Shown: positions 50,875 through 61,475 of the stretch, piece by piece | Position numbering within the stretch: the first letter of the stretch is position 1 | Layout: every line of letters begins with the position of its first letter | DNA from: an uncultured Candidatus Rokubacteria bacterium | GTDB taxonomy: Bacteria; Methylomirabilota; Methylomirabilia; Rokubacteriales; CSP1-6 | Assembly: GCA_963754315.1 (NCBI GenBank) | Contig: CAVWFS010000002.1 | Coordinates: 1 to 64,000, forward strand | Direction of reading: 5' to 3' | Length of the DNA: 64,000 bases | Position numbers and translations under genes: made by a program | Notes under the pieces: generated by a model | What the model was told of the DNA's origin: nothing | The model's database searches: none | The model's input: the letters and a program-made list of their open reading frames with translations, nothing else

Positions 50875-52684
50875 CTAGCTGGGGAGATGAAAGGGCACGT
50901 CGACCACGATGACGTCACGCCGGAAGAGCAGGGCACCCTTGAGGAGGAGCGCCGACTGATTGTGCAGGAAGTGATGCCACCAGCGGCTCGGAATGAACTC
51001 CGGCAGCACCACGGTGACGAACCCGTCAGGCCCCTGCTGCGCCTGGAGTCCGCCGATGTAGTCGAGCAGGGGGCGGACGAGCGAGCGAAAGGGCGAGGTG
51101 AGGACGACCAGGGGCACCCCATCTCCCCACTGAGCCCAGGCGGCCAGGATGCGCGTGTCGTCGCCCTCGGAGTCGACGTAGACTGCCGTCACGTCGGGAC
51201 CGAGCTGACGCGCATAGTCGATCGCCCGCAGGGTAGCCCGATGCACGCCGCCGATCGGTACGATCACCCGGTGGCGTGCGCATTGGTGTTCGCGTCCATC
51301 CTTCCAGCGAGAGATTGCGCGCCACCTGGTTATAGTGCCGCCGGATCCGCCAGAATCCCAGCACGAGGAGCGGGATCAGGAGGACCACCAGCCACGCCCC
51401 CTCGGTGAATTTCGTGATCGCGATGATTGCGGTGACGAGAGCCGTGGTGAGCGCGCCCACGCCGTTGACGAGGGCGTGGCCCCACCATCCCGGGTGCCGC
51501 TCGCGCTGCCAGTGCCGGATCATGCCCGCCTGGGAGAGGGTGAACGAGAGGAACACCCCGACGGCGTAGAGCGGGATGAGCGCGTTCACCTCGCCCTGGA
51601 AGGCCACGATGAGCGCGCCGGCGAGCGCCGCCAGCGCGAGGATGCCGTTGGAGAACACCAGCCGGTCGCCGCGGTGCGTGAGCTGGCGTGGCAAGAATCC
51701 ATCCCTGGCCAGCAGACTGGCCAGCCGCGGGAAGTCGGCGAAGGACGTATTGGCCGCCAGGATGAGGATGAGCGCCGTGAAGGCCTGGGTCGCGTAGTAC
51801 AAGGGGCCGACCCCGAAAACCCGCCGCCCGATCTGCGAGAGCACCGTCTCGTCCTCGCTGGGGACGATTGCATACTGATCGGCAAGCCAGGTGATGCCCG
51901 CGAACATACCGCCCAGGATCAACCCCATCCAGATCAACGTGGTCCGCGCGTTCCGCGCCTCCGGGGGCTGAAAGGCCGGGACACCGTTGGAGATCGCCTC
52001 TACCCCCGTGAGGGCCGAGCAGCCCGAGGCAAACGCCCGCATGAGCAGGAATGCCGTGATGGGATTGGTGGCCTGATGCGGCATATGCACCGTGTGCACG
52101 TCACCACCAAGGGCGAGGCGCAGAGCTCCCCAACCGATCAGGAGCGAGACGCACGCGATGAAGCCGTAGGTCGGAACCGCGAAGATCCGCCCCGATTCGC
52201 GCACGCCTCGCAGGTTGGCAGTCACCACGAGCGCAATGGCCACCAGGCCCAGCCCCTCACGGTGAGGGTCGAGGGCGGGGACGGCGCTGGTCACGGCCGC
52301 CACACCGGCCGCCACGCTCACGGAGACGGTGAGCACGTAGTCGATCAGCAAGGCGGCCCCCGCCGTGAGACCCGGCAGGACCCCAAGATTGTCGGAAGCC
52401 ACGATGTAGGCGCCGCCGCCCGTCGGGTACGCCTGGATCGTCTGGCTATAGGACGTCACGAGGATCGCAAGGAGCCCCACGATGGCGAGACCGACCGGAA
52501 GCGACCAGGCCAGGGCGGCCGCTCCCGCCACCGCGAGGACGAGGAGAATCTCCTCCGTGGCATAGGCCACCGAGGACAGCGCGTCGGAGGAAAAGACAGG
52601 AAGGGCGACCAGCTTCGGGAGTCGAGTGCTGCGCTCGGCGGCGCTCGTGAGCGGAGTGCCCAGCAACCAGAGCCGCAGAGGCAT
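50875..52684 (-). CDS. KimA-like transporter, paralog 3 (frameshift near 51280)
   Basis: SSDALSSVAYATEE, IDYVLT, TGVEAISNG and LHNQSA. Confidence 0.88.
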
Positions 52685-52692
52685 TGTTATTG

Positions 52693-52905
52693 TTGGGGGG
52701 CCTCGAAAGGGCCCCCCAAGCCCCCCAAATGTTCGGGGCGCCCCGGGAAACCCGTGGCGCCCCTCTGGAATCCGCCTGCTGCTGGGGGGGCCTCGAAAGG
52801 GCCCCCCAACCCCCCGGTCGTTCGGGACGCCCCGGGAAACCCGTGGCGCCCCTCTGGAATACGCCTGCTGTGGGGGCCTCGACGGGCCCCCCAAACCCCC
52901 CGGTC
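52693..52905 (+). repeat. Composite palindromic repeat, copy 2 (about 2.5 tandem units of roughly 90 bp)
   Basis: [GGGGGGCCTCGAAAGGGCCCCCC...GTTCGGG(G/A)CGCCC(C)GGGAAACCCGTGGCGCCCCTCTGGAAT(C/A)CGCCTGCTG] twice, plus a third first-hairpin. Confidence 0.88.
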
Positions 52906-52929
52906 TCACGTGCCGCGAAAGGGCGCGCA

Positions 52930-54282
52930 TCAAAAGCGGCGGAACTGGTCGGCGACGTTTTCGAAGCGGGCGAACTGCGGGAGAAAGACCAGCTTGACGG
53001 TGTCGATGGGGCCGTTGCGCTGCTTGCCGATGATGACCTCGGCGATGTTCTCCTCGTCCGAGGGCAGATCGTCCTTGTACACGCGCGGGCGGTACAGGAA
53101 CAGGATCACGTCAGCGTCCTGCTCGAGGGCCCCGGATTCCCGGAGGTCCGACAGCTGCGGTCGGAAATCGCGCTGCGCGCGTGACTCCACCGCCCGCGAC
53201 AGCTGCGACAGCGCCACCACCGGCACGTGCAGCTCCTTGGCGAGCGCCTTGAGCGAGCGCGAGATGTCGGAGATCTCCTGCTGGCGGTTCTCGACCCCGG
53301 TGCGCCCGCGCATCAACTGGAGGTAGTCGATGACGACGAGGTCGAGGCCGTGCTCGGCCTTCATGCGGCGCGCCTTCGCGCGGGCCTCCAGGACGGTGAT
53401 GGCGGGGCTGTCGTCGATGTAGATGGGAGCCTCCGCCAGGCGCCCAGCCCCCGCCGTCAGTCGCCCCCAGTCGGCCGAGCTGAGACGCCCCGTACGCACG
53501 GACTGCGCGTCCACCTTGGCTTCGGCGCACAAGAGCCGCTGCACGAGCTGCTGCGCCGACATCTCGAGACTGAGGATCAGCACCTTGCCCCGGCGGCCCA
53601 CCCCCACGTGCTGGGCGATGTTGAGCGCAAAGGCCGTCTTGCCCATGCTCGGCCGGCCCGCGATGATGATGAAGTCGGAGGGCTGCAGGCCGGCCGTGGC
53701 CAGGTCGAGCTTCTCGAAGCCGGTGGCCACGCCCGTCACGTGCTCCTGGCGTTCGTACAGCCGCTCGATGTACTCGAAGGTGCCCTTGAGGATCCGCGAC
53801 ACCGGCAGGGCGTTGCCTTCCATCCGCCGCTCGGCCAGGCCGAAGATGCGGCGCTCCGCCTCGTCGACGAGCGCTTTCACGTCCTCCTTGGCGTCGAAGG
53901 CCTGCGTGATGATCTGGGTCGACGTCTGGATGAGCTCGCGCAGGACGGCCATGTCGCGCACGATGGCCGCGTACGACATGAGGTGAGCCGCGATGGAGGC
54001 TTCCTCGATGAGGAGGGCGAGGGCTGCCGGTCCCCCCACGAACGAGAGCTGATCCGTGCGCCGCAGCTCCTCGGTGAGGGTGATGAGGTCGATGGGCTCG
54101 CTGCGTTCGAAGAGGACCAGCATCGCGCCGTACATCGCCCGGTGCGCATCGGTGTAGAAGTCGCTCTCGTGGAGGATCTCGACGACGCGCGGCATCGCCT
54201 CCCGCCCCTCCAGGAGGACGGCGCCCAGCACCGCGCGCTCCGCGTCCAGGTTGTGCGGGGGAATCCTGGAGGGAAGCTCCAC
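52930..54282 (-). CDS. dnaB: Replicative DNA helicase
   Basis: PPHNLDAE, GRPSMGKT, IDYLQL and LRESGALEQDAD. Confidence 0.98.
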   Translation of the reverse strand: MELPSRIPPHNLDAERAVLGAVLLEGREAMPRVVEILHESDFYTDAHRAMYGAMLVLFERSEPIDLITLTEELRRTDQLSFVGGPAALALLIEEASIAAHLMSYAAIVRDMAVLRELIQTSTQIITQAFDAKEDVKALVDEAERRIFGLAERRMEGNALPVSRILKGTFEYIERLYERQEHVTGVATGFEKLDLATAGLQPSDFIIIAGRPSMGKTAFALNIAQHVGVGRRGKVLILSLEMSAQQLVQRLLCAEAKVDAQSVRTGRLSSADWGRLTAGAGRLAEAPIYIDDSPAITVLEARAKARRMKAEHGLDLVVIDYLQLMRGRTGVENRQQEISDISRSLKALAKELHVPVVALSQLSRAVESRAQRDFRPQLSDLRESGALEQDADVILFLYRPRVYKDDLPSDEENIAEVIIGKQRNGPIDTVKLVFLPQFARFENVADQFRRF

Positions 54283-54306
54283 GGTCGGCGGCCCGTAGCG
54301 GGCGGT

Positions 54307-54753
54307 CTACGAGTCTCGAACGACGTTGACGCGGAGCTGAGCCGTCACTTCCGGATGCAGGCGGATGGGCACCAGTGTCTCGCCGAGCGCCTTGATGGGC
54401 TCGTCGAGGACGATGCGACGCCGTTCGATCGCGAGTCCGCGCGTGCCGAGGAAATCCACGAGATCCTGGGCCGTGACCGAACCGAAGAGCTTGCCCTCCT
54501 CGGAGGCCTGCCGGCGCTCCTCGGCCATGAGGGCCTCGATGCGGGCACGCATGCTCTCGGCGTCGCGACGGACGCGGTCCGCCTTGGCGTCCTGCTGCTT
54601 CTTGATGTGCTCCAGGTTCTTGAGGTTGCCCGCGCTGGCGGTGACGGCGAGCTTCTTGGGCAGAAGGAAGTTGCGCGCGAAGCCATCGGAAACGTCGCGC
54701 ACCTCGCCGCGTCGACCGACCGCGGTGACGTCGTCGAGCAGAATCACCTTCAT
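54307..54753 (-). CDS. rplI: 50S ribosomal protein L9
   Basis: MKVIL, GFARNFLLP and GKLFGSVT. Confidence 0.98.
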   Translation of the reverse strand: MKVILLDDVTAVGRRGEVRDVSDGFARNFLLPKKLAVTASAGNLKNLEHIKKQQDAKADRVRRDAESMRARIEALMAEERRQASEEGKLFGSVTAQDLVDFLGTRGLAIERRRIVLDEPIKALGETLVPIRLHPEVTAQLRVNVVRDS

Positions 54754-54763
54754 GGCTACTCCC

Positions 54764-55012
54764 TTACTCCGTGGTCACGTAGGGCACGATGGCGACGGTG
54801 CGCGCCCGCCTGATGGCGTGCGTGAGCTGGCGCTGGTGCCGCGCACAGCTGCCGGAAATCCGGCGAGGGACGATCTTACCCCGCTCCGTCACGAAACTCC
54901 GGAGGCGGCGGACGTCCTTGTAGTCGACGAAGCTCACGCGGTCCACGCAGAATTTGCAGACCTTCCGCCGGCCGAACCGGCGCCGCTTCATGGGCTTCTG
55001 TGGTGTCGGAAT
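54764..55012 (-). CDS. rpsR: 30S ribosomal protein S18 (zinc-ribbon type); start ATT 55012 or ATG 54991
   Basis: KVCKFC, DYKD and [19 protein letters not shown]. Confidence 0.96.
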   Translation of the reverse strand: MPTPQKPMKRRRFGRRKVCKFCVDRVSFVDYKDVRRLRSFVTERGKIVPRRISGSCARHQRQLTHAIRRARTVAIVPYVTTE

Positions 55013-55064
55013 GGCTCACTCCTCCTCGGCGTCTCGGGACGCCTCTCGGGTCAGCAGGCGACGT

Positions 55065-55472
55065 TCAGAAGGGTACGTCGTCCTCTGCTGGCGCTTCGTC
55101 CGCGAAGGGCGCGGCTGCAGGTGCCGGAGACGGCGCGCCCTTCGTCCGGCCCATGAACTGCACACGCTCGGCCACGACCTCCGTCACCGAGCGCTTCTGA
55201 CCGTCCTTGCCCTCCCAGTCGCGCGTCTGCAGCCGACCCTCGACGAAGATCTGGCTGCCCTTGTCGAGGTACTCCCCACAGCTCTCCGCCTGCTTTCCCC
55301 ATACCACGATGGTGAGAAAGCAGACCTCGTCGCGCTTCTCCCCGCCCTGCGTGGTGTAGTTGCGGTTCACGGCCAGGCGGATGTCGGCCACGGCCGTGCC
55401 GCCGGGGGTGTAACGAAGCTCCGGGGGGCGCGTCAGGTTTCCGATCAGCAGAACCCTGTTCAGACTCGCCAT
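55065..55472 (-). CDS. ssb: Single-stranded DNA-binding protein
   Basis: LNRVLLIGNLT, VEGRLQ and C-terminal DDVPF. Confidence 0.98.
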   Translation of the reverse strand: MASLNRVLLIGNLTRPPELRYTPGGTAVADIRLAVNRNYTTQGGEKRDEVCFLTIVVWGKQAESCGEYLDKGSQIFVEGRLQTRDWEGKDGQKRSVTEVVAERVQFMGRTKGAPSPAPAAAPFADEAPAEDDVPF

Positions 55473-55834
55473 CAACCGACCTCCTCAAGCACCGGATCCC
55501 CCGCCGCCGCGGGGGGCTCTTGAGCTTTGGCCGGCCGTATCCTCTTCCGGATCGGAACTCGAGTGCTGAGAAAACGCAGCACGTTGTCGTTCAGCCGTAT
55601 CTGACGCTCGAACTCCTTGATCATTGAGGGTTCGGCCAGCACCTCGAACACAGCGTACGTGCCCTCCCGCTGCTTGCGGGTGTCGTACGCGAGCCGGCGC
55701 TTCCCCCAGTTCTCGACTTTGGTGACGTCGACACCGAGCCCCTTCATGTTGTCACCGAGCTTGGTGAGCAGCTCGGCGACCTCTTCGTCGGTGGGACGAG
55801 GGTCGACGATCAGGAGAATCTCATAAGGCCTCAG
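55472..55834 (-). CDS. rpsF: 30S ribosomal protein S6 (non-canonical CTG/ATT start)
   Basis: (M)RPYEILLIVDP...WGKRRLAY...VLRFL. The frame extends upstream of the track ATG to a CTG after GGAGGGGGTG. Confidence 0.95.
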   Translation of the reverse strand: MRPYEILLIVDPRPTDEEVAELLTKLGDNMKGLGVDVTKVENWGKRRLAYDTRKQREGTYAVFEVLAEPSMIKEFERQIRLNDNVLRFLSTRVPIRKRIRPAKAQEPPAAAGDPVLEEVG

Positions 55835-55839
55835 AATGC

Positions 55840-55920
55840 CTCACCCCCTCCGGCCACCAGAACGTTGCGAAGCGCCTCAGCCTACCAAACAAGATTGCCC
55901 CGAGCAAGGCAGCGAATCAA
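55840..55920 (-). promoter_or_regulatory. Possible S6:S18 ribosomal leader
   Basis: GCTGCCTTGCTC...GGCCGGAGGGGGTG in the rpsF 5' UTR resembles the S6:S18 leader consensus. Confidence 0.45.
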
Positions 55921-55965
55921 TGCCTCGAAAACGATACAGCCCGGATCGCGTCCGGCGCGATCCTG

Positions 55966-56070
55966 CGGGCCCTTCCGAAGCCCCAGATACGCCCGCCGAA
56001 AAGAGGAGCGCCCCGGGTGTTCCGGGGCGCTCTGAACGTTGGGGGCTTGGGGGGCCTCGAGGCCCCCTTG
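55966..56070 (-). repeat. Diverged copy 3 of the composite palindromic repeat
   Basis: GAGCGCCCCGGGTGTTCCGGGGCGCTC hairpin plus GAACGTTGGGGGCTTGGGGGGCCTCGAGGCCCCC. Confidence 0.7.
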
Positions 56071-56092
56071 AGCTTCAATCCCCCATCATCTT

Positions 56093-57718
<1,626 letters not shown>

Positions 57719-57773
57719 TCAACTCCTCCTTGAGATTGATGACATCGTCGGCTCGCAGTCGTGCTGCGCCGGG

Positions 57774-58061
57774 CTACTCGAGGATGGCGAGGATGTCCTC
57801 CTCGCGCATGATCAGGTACTCGGTGTCGTCGACCTTGACCTCGGAGCCGGAGTACTTGCCGAACAGGATGCGGTCGCCGGCCTTGACGTCGAGGGCAACG
57901 CGCTTGCCATCCTCCCCGACCTTGCCGCTCCCGGCGGCCACGACCTTCCCCTTCTGCGGCTTCTCCTTGGCGCTATCTGGGATGATAATGCTCCCGGCGC
58001 GGGCTTCTTCTTCCTCCTCGCGCTTCACGAGGACACGATCGTGCAACGGGCGGACTTTCAT
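57774..58061 (-). CDS. groES: Co-chaperonin GroES
   Basis: [16 protein letters not shown] and KYSGSEVK. Confidence 0.99.
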   Translation of the reverse strand: MKVRPLHDRVLVKREEEEEARAGSIIIPDSAKEKPQKGKVVAAGSGKVGEDGKRVALDVKAGDRILFGKYSGSEVKVDDTEYLIMREEDILAILE

Positions 58062-58193
58062 GGCGTGCTACCTCCTTGGTTCATGCGTCGCGGTCTGTGG
58101 TGGGTTGGCGCGGCTCCACGAGCCGTGTTGTCGGTACCCTTGTCGAGAGCTGAGGCATGGTCCGACTCTGACTTTGCCACTGCCACTCTTCCA

Positions 58194-58220
58194 TTAGCAC
58201 TCAATCTGATCGAGTGCTAA
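58194..58220. promoter_or_regulatory. CIRCE element (HrcA operator)
   Basis: TTAGCACTC-AATCTGATC-GAGTGCTAA, the perfect consensus. Confidence 0.97.
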
Positions 58221-58246
58221 TATAGCGCCCCGGGCGAGGATGTCAA
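58219..58246 (-). promoter_or_regulatory. Sigma70 promoter of groESL
   Basis: TTGACA-16bp-TATATT overlapping CIRCE. Confidence 0.8.
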
Positions 58247-58268
58247 GGGCCTTCCCGAGAGGAACTCA

Positions 58269-59228
58269 TTGAAAAAGGCGATCCTGGTCTCTCGTGGTCT
58301 GCCAAATGCCGCCCTCGACTTGATTCCGGCCTCGGTCAACGTTGACTACAACGGCTTCGAGCAGGCGCTGACCAAGTCCGAGTTGATCTCTCGGCTCAAG
58401 GGACGTCAGGGCCTCATTTGCCAGATCGTGGATGCGGTCGATGACGAGGTGCTGGCCACCGACGGTCTCCGCGTCGTCTGCAACATTGCCGTGGGCTACA
58501 ACAACATCGACGTCGACGCCGCGAGACGGCGGGGGATCGTTGTCACGAATACCCCGGACGTCCTCACCGAGACCACCGCCGACTTCGCCTGGGCGCTCCT
58601 GATGGCCGCCGCTCGGCGGGTCACCGAAGCCGACCGCTATGTCCGTTCCGGCCACTGGAAGGCATGGGACTACAACGCACTCCTGGGCCACGACGTCCAC
58701 GGGAAGACCCTTGGCCTGGTGGGCTTCGGGCGTATCGGCCGCGCCGTAGCGCGGCGGGCTCGGGGGTTCAACATGCGCGTGCTCTATCACGACGCTGTCA
58801 GGGCTGATACGCGAATGGAGCAGGAGGTGGGCGCCAGCTACACGCCGCTCCCCGACCTTCTCGGGCAGTCGGATTTCGTGAGCCTGCACACCCCGCTCCT
58901 CGCCGAGACGCGACACCTGCTCGACGAGCAAGCCCTGCGCACCATGAAGAGGACGGCCATCGTCGTCAACGCAGCCCGCGGCCCGATCGTGGACGAGTCG
59001 GCCCTTGTTCGGGCGCTCACCGAGGGATGGATCGCGGGGGCCGGACTCGATGTCTTCGAGAACGAACCGCAGGTACATCCGGGGCTCCTGTCGCTGAACA
59101 ACGTGGTGCTGGCCCCGCACATCGGGAGCGGGTCGTCGGAGACGCGCCTGGCCATGGCCGCGCTCGCCGTACGAAATTGCCTCGCCGTGCTCGACGGTAT
59201 GCCGCCCCTGACACCCGTGACTGGCTGA
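58269..59228 (+). CDS. D-2-hydroxyacid dehydrogenase (glyoxylate reductase/D-glycerate dehydrogenase)
   Basis: NTPDVLT, GFGRIG, NAARG, LDVFENEP and PHIGS. Confidence 0.93.
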   Translation: MKKAILVSRGLPNAALDLIPASVNVDYNGFEQALTKSELISRLKGRQGLICQIVDAVDDEVLATDGLRVVCNIAVGYNNIDVDAARRRGIVVTNTPDVLTETTADFAWALLMAAARRVTEADRYVRSGHWKAWDYNALLGHDVHGKTLGLVGFGRIGRAVARRARGFNMRVLYHDAVRADTRMEQEVGASYTPLPDLLGQSDFVSLHTPLLAETRHLLDEQALRTMKRTAIVVNAARGPIVDESALVRALTEGWIAGAGLDVFENEPQVHPGLLSLNNVVLAPHIGSGSSETRLAMAALAVRNCLAVLDGMPPLTPVTG

Positions 59229-59230
59229 TC

Positions 59231-60274
59231 GTGTCCCAGCTCACGCTCTCGAGTGTCACCAAGCGTTACGCGCCGGATGGTCCGCCCGCCGTGGACGGAC
59301 TCTCGTTCAAGGTGGACCGCGGTCACATCCTCGCCCTGCTCGGTCCCTCGGGATGCGGCAAGACCACCACCTTGCGGCTCATTGCCGGATTCGAATCGCC
59401 CGAGGCCGGTCAAGTCATCATCGCCGGGAGAACCGTGGCGGATGGTCCCCGAGCGGGAGTCCCGCCCGAGGAACGGGGCGTGGGGATCGTCTTCCAGGAC
59501 TACGCGCTCTTCCCGCACCTGACGGTCGAAGACAACGTGGGCTTTGGCCTGCGTGGCCTCGGCCGCAGCGCCCGCCGCGAGCGCGCGCGAGAGGTCCTTG
59601 GTCAGGTGGGTCTGGCCGCTCTGGGCGCACGCTATCCGCATGAGCTGTCCGGCGGGCAACAGCAGCGGGTGGCCGTCGCACGCGCCCTGGCCCCCGCCCC
59701 CGCCCTGCTCCTGCTTGACGAGCCCTTCTCCAACCTCGATGCCGACCTGCGGACACAGATGCGCGACGAGGTCGAGAGGATCCTTCGCGTGACCGGCACC
59801 ACGGCCGTGTTCGTGACCCACGACCAGGAGGAGGCCTTCACCATCGCTGACGTCGTGGGTGTCCTGAGCCACGGGCGCCTGGAGCAGATCGACTCCCCCG
59901 AGGGGATCTACCACCATCCCGCCACGCTCTTCGTGGCGGAGTTCGTGGGGGCGGCCGACTTCATTCCCGGCCTCGTTACCGCGGAGGGGATCGTCACCGA
60001 GCTGGGCGTCTTTGGCAACGTCGAGGCGCGCGAGATCGGGGAGAAGATCAAGGTGATGATCCGTCCGGACGACGTGACGTTCGTGCCCCAGGCCGAGGGA
60101 CCGGCGGTGATCCTGCGACGCTACTTCCGGGGCTCCGAGAACCTCTACTGCCTGGGCCTTCCCTCGGGGCATCGCGTGCACTCGTCACAGCCGTCGTCGG
60201 CTGCCTTCGCCCCGGGCACACGCGTACGACCGGACGCGCACGTCCTCCACGTGGTGACGTTCCCCGCAGAGTAG
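59231..60274 (+). CDS. ABC transporter ATP-binding protein (FbpC/PotA-like)
   Basis: GPSGCGKT, FQDYALFPH, LSGGQQQR and VTHDQEEA; TOBE-like C-terminus. Confidence 0.93.
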   Translation: MSQLTLSSVTKRYAPDGPPAVDGLSFKVDRGHILALLGPSGCGKTTTLRLIAGFESPEAGQVIIAGRTVADGPRAGVPPEERGVGIVFQDYALFPHLTVEDNVGFGLRGLGRSARRERAREVLGQVGLAALGARYPHELSGGQQQRVAVARALAPAPALLLLDEPFSNLDADLRTQMRDEVERILRVTGTTAVFVTHDQEEAFTIADVVGVLSHGRLEQIDSPEGIYHHPATLFVAEFVGAADFIPGLVTAEGIVTELGVFGNVEAREIGEKIKVMIRPDDVTFVPQAEGPAVILRRYFRGSENLYCLGLPSGHRVHSSQPSSAAFAPGTRVRPDAHVLHVVTFPAE

Positions 60275-61471
60275 CTACCGGCGAACCGTGCGGCGACGCT
60301 CCAGGCGAGTTTGCCGATAAACGAACGCCTCGATCACCCTTGCCGAGACCGGGGCGAGTCGGGCCATCGCCAGGGCCGCGCTCACGAGGTCGTAGGCGGT
60401 GGTCAGGTCTCGACGGCGATGCTCGTGGAACTTGGCCAGCTCCTCCCAGGGACGCGGGTCGAAGCGCTCCGCGCAGGTCGCCGCCTCCCACAGAGCGCGC
60501 GCCGCGTCCCAGCGGGCTTGGCGTTTTTCCCACCAGGCGAGCCTCAACCGCACCCAGTGGGCGAAAGGACCGTCGAGCCCAGCGCCGAGAGCAACCCGAT
60601 AGCACTCGGCGCTGCGATCGGCATCGATGCGCTCCCAGAATCGTCCCAGGCCCGCCATCTCTGCCGCGCTGAGGCCCGGAGCGTCCCCTCTCAGCGCCCG
60701 CGCCAACCAGCCGAGGAGCGTGACGAGGGAAAGGACGTCGTCAGCGTTGTGCGCGAACACGGGGCGTAGCCTGCCCGCCTGCCGGTCCCGCAAGTAGGCG
60801 AAGAAGCGCTCAGGAATCTCCCAGCCCGAGACGTCGTTCGCGCGTTCGAGCCCGAGGACTTCCCGCTCAAGAGTGGGCAGGCGGCAGTCCGCCAGAGTGG
60901 CCGACCACACGCGGCGGGCCGGCGCGAGCAAGTCAACGTGCACGATCTTGGGCCAGGGTCGTCGGCCCAGAATGAACCGTGTCTCCAGCAAGGGTAGGTC
61001 GAAACCCGTTCCATTGAAGGTGACCACCGCCGCTGCACGCGCCAGGAGAGGATCGAGGGCTGCCAGCAGGGCGGGTTCCTCGTCGAAGTCCCGCATGAAG
61101 TACTGCTCGAGGACGAAGGAGTCGCCTTCATGGAAGCCGACTCCCACCAGAAAGGCATACGTCCCCGTGCCGCCGGCCAGCCCGGTGGTCTCCACGTCGA
61201 GAAACAGGGTCCGGCCATCGGCGGGTGGGGCTTCCTCAGTCCGGGCGAGTAACGCGAGGAGGCCGGGCGCCACATCGCACCCGTCCCCGAGGCCGTAGCG
61301 ACCGTGCTGGTGTGTCCGTGACACGGTCCGGCGCACTCTGACGAGGGCGCCCATCCCCGTGTCCAGCACGTCTCCGCCCACGATGCGCTCGACCGGCTCG
61401 GGCGCAGGACGGCGCGGCCGGGTGTCTTCGAGGCGGCGAATCACCCGACGAAGATCGGTAACGCTATCCAA
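60275..61471 (-). CDS. RNase H-like (DEDDh) exonuclease with TPR-like tail, YprB/MrfB-like
   Basis: FLDVETTGL, TFNGTGFDLP, HVDLL, HNADDV and ELAKFHEH. Confidence 0.88.
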   Translation of the reverse strand: MDSVTDLRRVIRRLEDTRPRRPAPEPVERIVGGDVLDTGMGALVRVRRTVSRTHQHGRYGLGDGCDVAPGLLALLARTEEAPPADGRTLFLDVETTGLAGGTGTYAFLVGVGFHEGDSFVLEQYFMRDFDEEPALLAALDPLLARAAAVVTFNGTGFDLPLLETRFILGRRPWPKIVHVDLLAPARRVWSATLADCRLPTLEREVLGLERANDVSGWEIPERFFAYLRDRQAGRLRPVFAHNADDVLSLVTLLGWLARALRGDAPGLSAAEMAGLGRFWERIDADRSAECYRVALGAGLDGPFAHWVRLRLAWWEKRQARWDAARALWEAATCAERFDPRPWEELAKFHEHRRRDLTTAYDLVSAALAMARLAPVSARVIEAFVYRQTRLERRRTVRR

Positions 61472-61475
61472 GGGA

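Noticed and set aside
52685..52929. ydaO/c-di-AMP riboswitch upstream of the KimA-like genes
   Set aside because: The region is fully explained by the dispersed palindromic repeat, and no riboswitch consensus was recognised.
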